A stretch of DNA of 64,000 bases from contig JAERTI010000043.1 in assembly GCA_016844925.1 (NCBI GenBank), positions 2,386-66,385 of the forward strand, given 5' to 3'. This stretch comes from Candidatus Uhrbacteria bacterium. GTDB taxonomy: Bacteria > Patescibacteriota > Patescibacteriia > UBA9934 > GWF2-40-263. A model generated the notes under the pieces. That model was not told the origin of the DNA, made no database searches, and saw nothing but the letters and a program-made list of their open reading frames with translations. The translations under genes and the position numbers were made by a program. Positions within the stretch are counted from its first letter, which is position 1; every line of letters begins with the position of its first letter. Below, one piece after another: positions 20,199 through 30,642 of this stretch.

Positions 20199-20378
20199 TC
20201 TCCCTTTCGTAGCTCTATTGAAGGACCATTCCTCCATCTCCCGTCTCGACTGGGGTCGAAGCGGGGGATGGAGTCCCGAGCGCGTGTTGCTCAGGTCGTG
20301 CCCATAACCGTTGTTCTTATGGCTTATCGACCCGTTGTCGATCAAGAACCTGTACGGAGATGGGGTGTACGTGATGAC

Positions 20379-20636
20379 TCAGGGGTTGAGCATGCACCGG
20401 TCGAACGTCACGTTGATGAAGTGCGTCTTCTCAAAATCGACGTCGATGAGCGTGCAGTCCTCGAGCGTGCAATCGATGAACGTCTTTCCCGCCAGTTCTT
20501 TTCCTGAGAACGTGGCAAGGACGATGTGCTCATCTTCAATGGTTTCCACGTCAGCGATGCGACGATTCCATTGGACCGAGTTGTGTTGATCTACTCCTTG
20601 CGCTAGCACTTTTTCAACTATGTCAGTTAGATTCAA
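20379..20636 (-). CDS. short pentapeptide-repeat protein
   Basis: TFIDCTLEDCTLIDVDFEKTHFINVTFDRC; GAAAGGAG SD before TTG. Confidence 0.6.
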   Translation of the reverse strand: MNLTDIVEKVLAQGVDQHNSVQWNRRIADVETIEDEHIVLATFSGKELAGKTFIDCTLEDCTLIDVDFEKTHFINVTFDRCMLNP

Positions 20637-20800
20637 TGTATCTCTCCTTTCAAATTGAAGGCGTTTTGTTGCCTCCATCTCCCGTCTCGACTGGGGTCGA
20701 AACAGGGGATGGAGTCCCGAGCGCTGAAGTAGCGTCCGAGACTCCGTCCCGATGTAGATCGGTGAGTCCCGGCATGGCGCTCGGGTTCGTTGTTGTTGTG

Positions 20801-22381
20801 CTAGGCGGCCAGCACCCTACGCGGATCGAACTTGCTGCGGTTGGGGCGCCGGGGGTTGTATCCCGGGATGGACTTGGCCCACTGGGGCCCGCGTCCGCGC
20901 TTGGTGCGCTGTCCACGCACGCGGTGCATGCCCTCGTGGCCGAGCATGCTCATCAGGTTCAGGTCGATGCCCTCCCTGGCCAGGTCCATCTCCATGTCGG
21001 TGATGGCATCCTCGTCCATGAGGGCCCAGACCTCTTCTTCCTGCAGGTCGACTTCTCCCCAGTAGGAGAGGTCTTCGCAGTCGGCGCACATGCAGAACTC
21101 GGAGTCCCAGTGGCCGTCCTCTTCCATCCAGAGCCAATCGCGGTCCAACCACGATTCGTCGTCGTACCACTGGTCGACGTCGGGGTCCCAGTCGTAGATC
21201 AGGTCCTGATCGAGCAGGTCCCTCTCTTCCTGTTCCTGGGTGTAGCGGCTCATCCAGTAGCCCTCCTCGTCCCTGTCGGGCGTAAGGAGGCTGTTGACGC
21301 GCTCACGCCAGCCGTAGTCCGGATCTTCATCCCACGACTCAGTGGTCATGAAGGAGTATCGCTCTTGGGCGATGGCAGCTGCTTCTTTGTCGTAGAAGCG
21401 ATGCCAAGGTGAGGAGAAGGTGTGTCGCGTTCCGAAGTCGGAAAACAGGACGTCTGGAACCAGTCGGATCTGGGGATTCATTTCTGCGTCGAGGATCATC
21501 TCCCAGAGCAGCTGCTCTTCGCGATGCCAGCTGAAGATCTCTTCACGCCAGCAGACCACGTTGTCACCGAGCTTTCGGATCTCTTCCCAGTACACTTCCT
21601 CGTGCACCGTCATGGCAGCATCGGTCATGCCGTGCTGGTCCGAACTGTCTCGGAGCAGAGCCCCTATCTCGTCGTTGGTGTAGCGGACCTCGGACAGGTC
21701 GTGAACGCTACCCACGGCGTCGGTGGCGAGCCGGAGCTTCTCCGTCTCGCCGACGAACGGGCTCACCTTGCACAGCACCTGACCGATGTCCTCCAGGGCC
21801 TTCCAGCCCCAGTAGTCCAGCGGCTTGCGCTGCTTGCGAGACTTTTGGTTCACTCGACGCTGCCACTGCTTGCGCGGCTTCTTTGCCGTGCGCTTCCAGC
21901 AGGCGGCTCGACGCTCTCGAGCGTTCTCTTTGGCATTCAGTTCGAAGTCCCCGTAGTAGTTGGCGTTCTGCCAAACTCGTCGGTCCGACTTGTCACCACG
22001 AATCTTCAGAGCTGCGCGGCTGTGTGCGAAGCCAGCAAGGTCGTCCTCTCCCAGTTCGGACAGGTCTCCTTGAATCATCTCCAGGGCGCGGGTGGCGGCC
22101 AGGCGCAGGGCGACGCAGAACATGTCTTCGGTCACCGGTTCGTCACCGGCGATGATGTAGCCCTCGGCCCAGTAGGCGGGGGTCCAGACCATGTCGACCA
22201 GGGTCCTGTGGTACTCGAACTCCATGCCCCAGTACTGAACCAGCCGATCAGCCAGAGCCAGGACGGTTTCGTTCTCTTCCAGCTCCTCGCTGTAGGTCTC
22301 GTACGGGTCCCGGTGCCTCATCCAGGCTCCCAGAGCCACGACGTCTATCGGGCCAAGGTTCTGAATGTACGATGTGTCCAT
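20801..22381 (-). CDS. Asp/Glu/Trp-rich protein with basic RGPQWAK tail
   Basis: 526-aa ORF with GGAAGG SD; tail shared with 40785..41777; middle motif shared with 24576..25055. Confidence 0.8.
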   Translation of the reverse strand: MDTSYIQNLGPIDVVALGAWMRHRDPYETYSEELEENETVLALADRLVQYWGMEFEYHRTLVDMVWTPAYWAEGYIIAGDEPVTEDMFCVALRLAATRALEMIQGDLSELGEDDLAGFAHSRAALKIRGDKSDRRVWQNANYYGDFELNAKENARERRAACWKRTAKKPRKQWQRRVNQKSRKQRKPLDYWGWKALEDIGQVLCKVSPFVGETEKLRLATDAVGSVHDLSEVRYTNDEIGALLRDSSDQHGMTDAAMTVHEEVYWEEIRKLGDNVVCWREEIFSWHREEQLLWEMILDAEMNPQIRLVPDVLFSDFGTRHTFSSPWHRFYDKEAAAIAQERYSFMTTESWDEDPDYGWRERVNSLLTPDRDEEGYWMSRYTQEQEERDLLDQDLIYDWDPDVDQWYDDESWLDRDWLWMEEDGHWDSEFCMCADCEDLSYWGEVDLQEEEVWALMDEDAITDMEMDLAREGIDLNLMSMLGHEGMHRVRGQRTKRGRGPQWAKSIPGYNPRRPNRSKFDPRRVLAA

Positions 22382-22604
22382 CGATCTGCCTTCCTGCAGA
22401 GGGGTGGTGTGATGTGCGAACAGAGTGTCTTCTTACACTCCATACGTGTCGAGAAAGCCAAGTGGGTCTGTGCTCCCAATGGTCTTCTCGCCACAGATGG
22501 AGTCCCGAGCCGTAGCGTTTGGACCCCTCAAAAAATATTGTTGGGTCCCGAGTTGGTTCGGGTACGAGTGCTGTGTGCACTCAGGCGGCGTTACCGGGCG
22601 AGGT

Positions 22605-23057
22605 TTACTTCCCCAGTTTTGTTGCGGTGAGCTTCGCTTCAGTCAGTCTTGCATCGGCCAAACTTGCTCCAGACAAGTCAGCGTTGTACAGGTTCACACC
22701 TGACAACTCTGCTCCAGACAAGTTGGCTCCTGACAGGTCGGCTTGTGCCAGGTAAGTCCTGTGCAGTTTCGCTCTGCTTAGGTTCGCCTCGCGTAGGTTC
22801 GCTCTGTGCAGTCTTGCCCAGGAGAGCGTCGCATCAAGCAGATCTGCGCCGGAGAGATCTGCGCTGCAAAGATTCGCTCCTTGCAGGTTGGCACCGCGGA
22901 GGATTATGCCGGACAGGTTGGCTTCAGCGAGATCTACCCAAGGGAGTTGTGCCATGGACAGATCCAGGGTTTCCTTTGGGTGCTCGCTTCGCCACATGTC
23001 GATGGCTTCCTTGCCTCTGAAGGCACGGATTTCCGCAAGTAGTTCCTCTTTGGTCAT
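22605..23057 (-). CDS. pentapeptide-repeat protein
   Basis: ANLSG/ADL repeats; GAAAGGA SD. Confidence 0.87.
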   Translation of the reverse strand: MTKEELLAEIRAFRGKEAIDMWRSEHPKETLDLSMAQLPWVDLAEANLSGIILRGANLQGANLCSADLSGADLLDATLSWARLHRANLREANLSRAKLHRTYLAQADLSGANLSGAELSGVNLYNADLSGASLADARLTEAKLTATKLGK

Positions 23058-23196
23058 GTGACCATCCTTTCCGCGACAATTGTCGCAAAGACGTTCCTCC
23101 ATCTCCCGCCTCGACTTGAGTCGAAGTGGGGGATGGAGTCCCGAGCGTACAAGTGCCGGCTACTCCATTCTGACTGTGTGTCAGGGGGTGCCGATA

Positions 23197-23904
23197 CTAC
23201 TCGGGGTCGTTGTTCGGTGCGATCACTTCAGGGCACGTGTTGTGCCCAAGTGCCCGCAAGTCCTTCTCGCGATTGCTCCAGAGCACTCTCAGGACGTAGC
23301 GTTCACTCAGTCCGTAGGTGTCCCAGGCGAACGTGAAGGCCGTCTGATCTTCCGTGTCCTCACCGCGCAGGTGCGTTTCCGGACAGCGGCCAAGGCCGGT
23401 TTCGTTCACTTCTCGCACGGTCTCCTTACGGATTAGTGCGTTGAGAAGGTTTGTCCGGTTGGTTGCGGGGGCGCTGTCCCAGAGCTTCAGAAACGAGGGC
23501 GCCCAGTTCGTTGGATCCAGGATGGTGTCCTGAATCTTAGCGTCCTGAAGGTTGGCCCCCTCCATGCGCACGCCGTCGAGCTGTGCTCCAGTCAGGTTGG
23601 CACCGACCAGAACAGCGTTGAAGAGCCTTGCTCCGCGCAGGTCTGCTCCAGAGAGATCTACCCCTGTCAGGTCGAGCCCTCGCGGTGTGTCATCCAGGCT
23701 TCCAGCCAGTTCCCAGGCTTCTTTCTGGGAGATCCCTTCAGGGAAGAATCCTTCCCGAAGAAGATCTTCTTCCACCTGCCTAGCAGAAGGCTCGAACAGC
23801 TCTGCGCCAGCGAGGTTCATGGGTTTGCCGCGATGCTTCCTTTTCCAGATCAGAAAAGCGATGTCGCTTTTCTTGAGCGCTTCGACGAGTTTCTGGTCGG
23901 CCAT
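23197..23904 (-). CDS. pentapeptide-repeat protein, C-terminal type 1-like
   Basis: LTGVDLSGADLRGA; TILD...FLKLWD...RCPE...FTFAWDT; stop codon lies inside hairpin A. Confidence 0.82.
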   Translation of the reverse strand: MADQKLVEALKKSDIAFLIWKRKHRGKPMNLAGAELFEPSARQVEEDLLREGFFPEGISQKEAWELAGSLDDTPRGLDLTGVDLSGADLRGARLFNAVLVGANLTGAQLDGVRMEGANLQDAKIQDTILDPTNWAPSFLKLWDSAPATNRTNLLNALIRKETVREVNETGLGRCPETHLRGEDTEDQTAFTFAWDTYGLSERYVLRVLWSNREKDLRALGHNTCPEVIAPNNDPE

Positions 23905-24125
23905 GAGGCCCTTTCTGCCGGCGGTGCCGGTCTCGGGTTAGACGCGCAAGACGTCCCTTCCCGTGGTTGAATGATCGTCCTCCATCTCCCGTCTCGACCG
24001 GAGTCGAGCTGGAGGATGGAGTCCCGAGCACGTCTTGCTCGGGTCATGCCCACACATACTGCTCTAGATGCCTAGAGTCACGTAGGTATGTGTGGGAGGG
24101 GTGTACAGTTTGCAGCTAGTTCATA

Positions 24126-24380
24126 CTAGTTGCTGACGTCCACCATGTTGGCGTTGAGGATCAGCAGACCGTGCGGCGTCTTGATGTGCAGGCGATCGCC
24201 CAGCTGCTTGCCCTGCAACGTGCCGGTCGCCAACTCGTAGGAGCCGGAGTTGCGCGTGAAGATCCCCTTCACGATGCACTCGGCCGTGTTCAAGGAGCGC
24301 CCCTCACCCTGAGGAACGCAGCAGACGACGCGGTGAAGCAAAGGCTTGGGAAAGGAGATCAGCGACGGAAGGGTGTTCAT
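24126..24380 (-). CDS. small cassette hypothetical protein
   Basis: Only plausible minus ORF in this inter-repeat unit. Confidence 0.55.
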   Translation of the reverse strand: MNTLPSLISFPKPLLHRVVCCVPQGEGRSLNTAECIVKGIFTRNSGSYELATGTLQGKQLGDRLHIKTPHGLLILNANMVDVSN

Positions 24381-24575
24381 TTCTTATCCATTCTGCAGCG
24401 AGACATGCTGCGCCTGACTTGGGTCCCGACCCAGATCAGGTTAAACAGGAGGATCATTCCCCCCATCTCCCATCTCGACCGGAGTCGAAGTGGGGGATGG
24501 AGTCCCGAGCGTATGCTGTGAGACCCCGTTTCGAAATATTCGATAGGTCTTTGAGCGTGACGCTCGGGTAGGAGG

Positions 24576-25055
24576 TTAGTGGGGGGCGATCGGATTGTGG
24601 CGGCGGTGCACTCTGGTTACGCGACACTCCCACTGCTTGGCGCAGTTTCGGCTTGAGCGCTTCCAGGATCGTCCGCGGCGCATGCGTCCGAGTTCCTTTT
24701 CGGCGATTTTTCCGAAGTAGCCGGGGTTGTACGAGTCCTTGCGGATTTTGTGTGCGGCCCTGGTGGGACCGTAGGACGAGAGGCTCGACTCGTCAGCGGT
24801 CTCCAACAGGTGTCGGAGAGCTTCCTTCTCCTCGATCAAGCTTTTTTCAGCTTGGTCGACGAAGTCGCTGTACACGTCGTAGCCCTCGAGAGAATCCCAG
24901 TCTTCCTCGATCCAGCTATCTTCCTCGATGTGGGAGGCGTAAAGCTCCTCCCAGAGCTCCTCGTTGTTGAAAGGTTCCTGTTCTTGTTCGAGTTTGGCCA
25001 CAAGGGCCCCCAGATTCTCCGACTGGTAGCAGTCAGAGTGTTGATTGGATGTCAC
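24576..25055 (-). CDS. acidic-N/basic-C protein related to the middle of 20801..22381
   Basis: AAHKIRKD...YFG...WKRSS...KQWECRV versus AALKIRGD...YYG...WKRTA...KQWQRRV. Confidence 0.7.
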   Translation of the reverse strand: MTSNQHSDCYQSENLGALVAKLEQEQEPFNNEELWEELYASHIEEDSWIEEDWDSLEGYDVYSDFVDQAEKSLIEEKEALRHLLETADESSLSSYGPTRAAHKIRKDSYNPGYFGKIAEKELGRMRRGRSWKRSSRNCAKQWECRVTRVHRRHNPIAPH

Positions 25056-25185
25056 TCCATCTCTCGTCTCGACCGGAGTCGAGGTGGGGGATGGAGTCCC
25101 GAGCGCGTAAGGGCTCTAGAGACTCCTTTGCCGATTGTTATACCTCGGCGAGTCTCGAGTGATGCTCGGGAAGTGGTGTGACGCT

Positions 25186-25776
25186 TCAGTTTCTCGCGAA
25201 GATGAAGCGGGTCGTAGGCGGGAATCGGTGCTCTTTGCTTAGGCGCTGAACGCTGACACAATCTCCACGTGATGTCGTTCTGTGCAGAACGTACAGGTCG
25301 TTCCAGATCGCATCTGTGTGGAAGAACATCGAGAGGAAGAGTTCGTCTTCTATAATGGCTGTGCTCAGCAGCAGGGCGGGTGCCTCCTCCTGTGTGCAGA
25401 CGTTCAGGCCATGCTTGTAGGCCGCACCGATGATTTCATTGAGGGTCGCGCCTTCGTGGCTGAAACCAAGATCTTCGACGGAGACCAGGACCAGTTCGAC
25501 TCGCTTCATGTACCCCAGATCGTGGATCCGCAACTTCTCGATGAACTCCTTGCTCATCCCGACTCCAGCAATTCGGAGTGCGTAGATGTAGTTCATGGCG
25601 GAGTAGAATCGTCCGAGCCAAACCGTTCGCCAGGTGGGGAACTTCGCGGGCCAAGGGTTCTGCCTCTGGACGAACTTCTCCAGGGCCTTCACCCAGAGTT
25701 CTCTTTCGGTCCCGATGAACGTCCAGAGTACTTGCATTACCACAGCAGTTCGTTGGAGCAGTTGTGTGTCGCCCAT
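25186..25776 (-). CDS. paralog of 11109..11738
   Basis: NPW...TWRTVWLG...VELVLVSVEDLGF..GAT; AAAAGGAG SD. Confidence 0.72.
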   Translation of the reverse strand: MGDTQLLQRTAVVMQVLWTFIGTERELWVKALEKFVQRQNPWPAKFPTWRTVWLGRFYSAMNYIYALRIAGVGMSKEFIEKLRIHDLGYMKRVELVLVSVEDLGFSHEGATLNEIIGAAYKHGLNVCTQEEAPALLLSTAIIEDELFLSMFFHTDAIWNDLYVLHRTTSRGDCVSVQRLSKEHRFPPTTRFIFARN

Positions 25777-26009
25777 GGGGGCAATCTCCTTTTCTTCAGC
25801 TAATCCAGCTGACAGGTCCGGTCGCGCCGGAGCGGTTGTGGTGAACAATTGGAGAATGATTCCTCCATCTCACCGTCCGTCTTAGACGGCAGGTGAGATG
25901 GAGTCCCGAATCGCGTATTCGATTCAGGGGTTCCCGTCTCAGGTGAATCAGAACTGGTCTTTGTATTAACCACGATCCTGATTCCGTCCCTGGAGGGGCA
26001 TAAAAGGTG

Positions 26010-26462
26010 CTAGAGGGTCATAGAGCTCATGACTACCACGAGTCCCAGTGTGTAGAACTGGAAGATGCTCAGAACAAGTGCGGCAAGAGCAAGTCGTATA
26101 AATCCTTGTGGATTCGTCAATTCAAGAGCCGCGACGGATCCAGACATCACCAGCGCCAGGCAACCAGCCAAGTAGCACAGGGCGAACATGAGCCAGTTCG
26201 GGTCAGACAGTGGGCCAACTTCCCGGAGAAAGATGACGCTTGAAATGCTCAGGCTCACACTCAGGGCAAGCCAGATCAGGCGCTTCCACAGTCGTGGGGT
26301 CGCAAGGGTCTCGAATAGGGCTTCGAGCTTCTGGTCCAGGCTGATGCCGAACCTTTGTTGGAAAATGGGTTCCAGGGTCGGAACAAAGATCCAACAGAAA
26401 GCGTAGAGGACTCCCAGGCAGTTTTGCGTGCTCCGGATCATCCAGTCCTTGAGGCGCTTCAT
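26010..26462 (-). CDS. membrane protein, translationally coupled (ATGA overlap) to 26459..27022
   Basis: About 4 hydrophobic segments; AAGGAG within the upstream gene. Confidence 0.68.
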   Translation of the reverse strand: MKRLKDWMIRSTQNCLGVLYAFCWIFVPTLEPIFQQRFGISLDQKLEALFETLATPRLWKRLIWLALSVSLSISSVIFLREVGPLSDPNWLMFALCYLAGCLALVMSGSVAALELTNPQGFIRLALAALVLSIFQFYTLGLVVVMSSMTL

Positions 26463-27022
26463 CGATTCGCTCCTTCCTTGAGCATCACCATGTAGCAGCT
26501 GTCGGACAGGCGGTTCCTGAACGCGTGAGCGTCTGTATCCCACCAGGGTCCGTTTCGGTACATGTAGCGGAGGCACTTGTCTGGGCCAGAGTAGGGTTGA
26601 ATTGTCCCAGGGAAGAAGATCTTCCGTGGCTTGCCCTGTTCGTCGTGCTTCCAAGCTTCGGGGATCAGCTTCCCTCGCTTAGTCAGCGCATTCATCACCC
26701 CTGCGTGTACGGCCCGGTCCATGGGCATCACTGCCATGACATCTGCAAGCTTGTACCCCACACCAAAGTGAGCGATAGGGACAAGCTCAATGTCGTCAGC
26801 ATTCCATGTGAAGGTTCCTGTTCCGTTGTGAAAGTCGATGCCGCCGTAGGGAGGCTCGGTTTCCAGGATCACGGTTGGCTTGCGCTGCGGAACACCGTCG
26901 ATGACGTTCTGAAGCCCTTGGAGAACATGATCCAAGTCGAGCTTTCCCTTGCGCGTCTTGCGCAAGATCTCTTCGGCAAGGAGGGCGACTCGTCCGTACT
27001 GCGCGTTGTCGATACGCATCAC
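26459..27022 (-). CDS. 'LIPEAWK..IFFPGT' family protein; paralog of 33193..33765
   Basis: RKGKLDLD...LIPEAWKHDEQGKPRKIFFPGT. Confidence 0.75.
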   Translation of the reverse strand: MMRIDNAQYGRVALLAEEILRKTRKGKLDLDHVLQGLQNVIDGVPQRKPTVILETEPPYGGIDFHNGTGTFTWNADDIELVPIAHFGVGYKLADVMAVMPMDRAVHAGVMNALTKRGKLIPEAWKHDEQGKPRKIFFPGTIQPYSGPDKCLRYMYRNGPWWDTDAHAFRNRLSDSCYMVMLKEGANR

Positions 27023-27210
27023 GTTCCTTTCTGCGGCAGAGAGGCCGCTCCATCCTGGTCCAATCCAGGATGGGGTTGAGTTGAAGGTACGTTTGAAGGC
27101 TCATTCCTCCATCTCCCGTCTCGACCGGAGTCGAAACAGAGGATGGAGTCCCGAGATGGATCTCGGGTCGTGTCCACCAGGTCGTTTGTGCCTGGTGGGT
27201 TTAAGAGGGG

Positions 27211-27486
27211 CTAGGTGAGCAAGACTCGAGTTTCCTCGATGGCCGCCTGCGCGTTCGGGCCCAGGGTCCGCAGGGTGAGCACCTTGTCGTACAGGTGCGG
27301 CTGCAGGTTTCCGGGGTGGAAAAGGTGCCAGGAACCAGAGAGATCCTGGGCCAGCAGGCCGTGGATCAGCTCAGGGTTGTCGATGCAGTCGATCCGGTAA
27401 GCACTGCACGCGTTGACCTGATCCGCTCGGTCCCAGTCGATCAGCTCCAGTTGCTGGACGGAAATCTCGGTAAAGGCGATGTTCAT
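27211..27486 (-). CDS. small cassette hypothetical protein
   Basis: GAGAGGA SD preceded by the family pre-SD hairpin. Confidence 0.62.
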   Translation of the reverse strand: MNIAFTEISVQQLELIDWDRADQVNACSAYRIDCIDNPELIHGLLAQDLSGSWHLFHPGNLQPHLYDKVLTLRTLGPNAQAAIEETRVLLT

Positions 27487-27771
27487 GCTTCGATCCTCTC
27501 TGCAGCTTGACTCACTGCATCCACCACTGAGTTCCAACTCAGGGTGAGTCTCTTGCGAAGGTTCATTCCTCCATCTTTAGCGAGAGTGCGCTAGGTCTGT
27601 GCTCCTAACGTCTCTCGCTACAGATGGAGTCCCGAACATACAAGCGCCGGCCACTCCATTCTGACGAGGTGTCAGTGGGGCCCGGTGTTGTTCGGGGTTT
27701 AGGTACTCACCTGATGTCTATCAGGTACTACGAGGAGGTGCTCGTCGCAGTAGTCGTAGTCGGCGTAGCTG

Positions 27772-28299
27772 TCAGCTGCCGATGATTCCGTTGATGACCT
27801 TGAAGGTCTTGTGGAACTCGCGGATATCTGCTCGTGCACTCAGGATCCAGTCTCCGAGCTCGTAGATGAACCAGAAGGTCCAGTAGAACAGGACGGCATG
27901 GGTCATCACGCTGGGCGAGGAGGTGCGTGTGATCAGCTCCGCTACGAAGATGAATGCTCCGCTGTAGAGCGTGGCACGGTGCATACGTGGCGCGTTCTTC
28001 ATGGACAGTCGCTGGTACCACTCGTCCTTTCTGTTGGGGAGATCGAGGGGGGTGTTCCGAGCCACCTGGATCATCTCCAGGATCACGAAGGTCAGGATGC
28101 CGTTGTCCTTCCGTGGGTGTTCGAGGATGGCACGTTCTCCCGCGGTCAGACTCAGCTTCTCCTCCATCGTCTCGCGGACAGTGGAGATGTTTTGTGAAAG
28201 TCGGGGCCCCTTCAAGAGCCGACGACCCGCAAGAAACATGGCGTGAATTGCCGTGAGAGTGATCAGCACACCAGGTGCCACCTGCAAGAGGGATTCCAT
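27772..28299 (-). CDS. membrane protein
   Basis: GAGAAAGG SD; hydrophobic helices. Confidence 0.68.
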   Translation of the reverse strand: MESLLQVAPGVLITLTAIHAMFLAGRRLLKGPRLSQNISTVRETMEEKLSLTAGERAILEHPRKDNGILTFVILEMIQVARNTPLDLPNRKDEWYQRLSMKNAPRMHRATLYSGAFIFVAELITRTSSPSVMTHAVLFYWTFWFIYELGDWILSARADIREFHKTFKVINGIIGS

Positions 28300-28535
28300 G
28301 TAGGAAACCTTTCTCTGTTGGGTTGGTTTACTACCTTCCCAAATCAATTGGGTTAGACAGAGCTCATCTCTGTCCCTTCCCATCTGCCTACACAAGCGGT
28401 ACTCATGTATGCAGATCGGATCCCGAATCGCGTATTCGATTCAGGAAGTCGTACCCACAGCCGCTGTTCGTGATTCGCCTCTGACCGAGTTGGTCAATGA
28501 ACGAACGGGAACGGAAGTGGGGTGGTAAGGAAGGG

Positions 28536-29318
28536 CTACAGGTGCTTGGCGACCCGCGCTGCTTCTTCCTTGGTGACCTTCAAGTGGACGGTGTCGCCCT
28601 CGGTCACAATTTCCAATCGAGTCAGTTCTGCTCGATTCTGCCTCATGCTCGCGGTGAGCTTGCTGACCTGGGCCCAAGTCACCTCGATCAGGAAGTGTCC
28701 AGAGAAGCGGTTGCTCCACATGTCCTGGAACTCCCTCGTGATGAACGCTGGAGTTTGTTCAGGGATGTCCATCATGGGCTTGCTCAAGCCAAGAGGCTCG
28801 AACTTTGGGTTGGGGATCTTGTCAATTTTCTTCTCTAGAGCCGACTTGGGCTGTGCTCCAACCAGCGTCATCGAGCCGGTCAGGGTGCGGACGCCTCGGC
28901 TTCGCTTCTCGACCAGGAGAATGACGCTCATCAACGTGTCATCCCAGAGGGTCAGGCTGATCCCTTCAAATGCCAGCGCGCCGTTTTGCATGCGCTTGAA
29001 GCCTTTCATGTGCTCAAAGGTCAGAACGCCCTTTGCCCACAAGTGGGTTGCCTCCTTTGCGGAGACAGAGACAAACTGCACATGTTCAAGAAGGCCGAGT
29101 CTCTGGTCTTCTTGCAAGGTGAGCTCGATGCTTTTGAGCGTCGATTGAACATCGTCGCTGTCCAGTACTGCCCACTCAGGTCCGTCCTTGTACGTGAAGG
29201 ACGCACGGGGACTCATCTGTGGTGGGTTGTCCGTGCGCTTGATCCATTGGTCGAAGATGACCAGTTCATCGTGATGTGCCTTGAGCACGTGTTCGCATTC
29301 AATGTAGCTTTGTGCCAC
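28536..29318 (-). CDS. cassette hypothetical protein
   Basis: 260-aa ORF with GAAAAGGA SD filling one unit. Confidence 0.7.
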   Translation of the reverse strand: MAQSYIECEHVLKAHHDELVIFDQWIKRTDNPPQMSPRASFTYKDGPEWAVLDSDDVQSTLKSIELTLQEDQRLGLLEHVQFVSVSAKEATHLWAKGVLTFEHMKGFKRMQNGALAFEGISLTLWDDTLMSVILLVEKRSRGVRTLTGSMTLVGAQPKSALEKKIDKIPNPKFEPLGLSKPMMDIPEQTPAFITREFQDMWSNRFSGHFLIEVTWAQVSKLTASMRQNRAELTRLEIVTEGDTVHLKVTKEEAARVAKHL

Positions 29319-29539
29319 GTTGATCCTTTTCCTGGTCTGACCAGGTCTGACAAAGGCGCGATCGCCTTTTCCGTTTGGGTCAGGTGGAGTGAATCTCCGC
29401 CTCTTCCCATCTGCCTACACGAGAGGTCTCATGTGTGCAGATTGGATCCCGAATCGCGTAGTCGATTCAGGAAGTTCTTTCCCACAACCGCTGCATCTGT
29501 AAGGACAGACACTTAAACGGGGGTGGGGTGCGAGGGGGC

Positions 29540-29818
29540 TCAGGTGAGCGTCATTCCGTAGCCCAGGGCTATCAGCGGGAGGACCAGGAAGAAGATCAGC
29601 TCGACGGCGAACATCGTGAGACGCTCACTCGGGCTTCCTTTCGAGAATTCCCAGTACTTGTTGAAAGCCACCAGGGACGCTACCAACGCCACCCAGAGAC
29701 CGAGGTCTGCCGGCACGAGCAGGATCAACGGGATCATGTTCAGGCTGTACAAGTAGCCCATCAGGACTTGGGAGGCAGCGAAAGCTACGGCCCCCAGGAA
29801 GAAGAGAATTTTCTCCAT
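29540..29818 (-). CDS. small membrane protein (3 TM)
   Basis: GAAAGGGA SD; hydrophobic. Confidence 0.65.
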   Translation of the reverse strand: MEKILFFLGAVAFAASQVLMGYLYSLNMIPLILLVPADLGLWVALVASLVAFNKYWEFSKGSPSERLTMFAVELIFFLVLPLIALGYGMTLT

Positions 29819-29995
29819 TGTTTCCCTTTCACGTTCTTGGGTTGTAAAGGTGGTGAACGCATACCACCGATCCGTACGCGAGTTGTTCGCGTCCGGGTCA
29901 GTGTCCTCAAGCGTTGCGTGTGCTTGAGGTCGTTTCCCACAATCGTTGCTCTGAATGTCCAGAGCCCTGACGAGTGTGGGGTGCATGGTCGCTGT

Positions 29996-30367
29996 CTAGT
30001 CAGCGTCCGTCAGCTTGGGGGTCACACCCATGGCGCTCAGGTGGATGCAAGCGACATCGACCGCCGAACGAACATCCAGGATGCTCTGGTGAAAGGTCTT
30101 CACCCAGGAGAGTTCGCCAGTGAGCTCCCAACCGATCTCTTCGGCCTGGAAGAGCATCCACTGCAAGGAGGTATCCTCCAGCAGCAACACATACTCAGTG
30201 TCCTCGACCGTGTAAGCCTCACGGGCGCTGTAAACAGCCCCCGTGTCGAGCGCCTTGCCATCCTCCGTCGTCGCGTTCTGTGCGTAGCGCTTGAGCGTCA
30301 GGTTCTCGGGGTGGGGCATCCACAGGAAGTAGAAGACGTCCTCCTGAAGCTTCATGATCGTTGCCAT
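29996..30367 (-). CDS. cassette hypothetical protein
   Basis: GAGAGGA SD with pre-SD hairpin. Confidence 0.62.
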   Translation of the reverse strand: MATIMKLQEDVFYFLWMPHPENLTLKRYAQNATTEDGKALDTGAVYSAREAYTVEDTEYVLLLEDTSLQWMLFQAEEIGWELTGELSWVKTFHQSILDVRSAVDVACIHLSAMGVTPKLTDAD

Positions 30368-30642
30368 CTTGTTCCTCTCTGCGGCTTGACTCACCGCGTC
30401 CACACGTGGGTTCCATCCCCGTGTGGGGTTGTTGCGAAGGTTCACTCCTCCATCTTTGACGAGAGCTCTCAGGTCTGTGCTCCTGAGATTCTCGTCACAG
30501 ATGGAGTCCCGAGCTGCGTATGCGCTCTAGAGACTCCTTGCTATCCGGTTATACCCGGCGAGTCTCGAGCTTGCCTGCCGGTAGGGAGGCGGGTGCTCGG
30601 GAATGAGCTTTAGAAAAGCTCAAGTTTTTCCGAAGGCTTGTT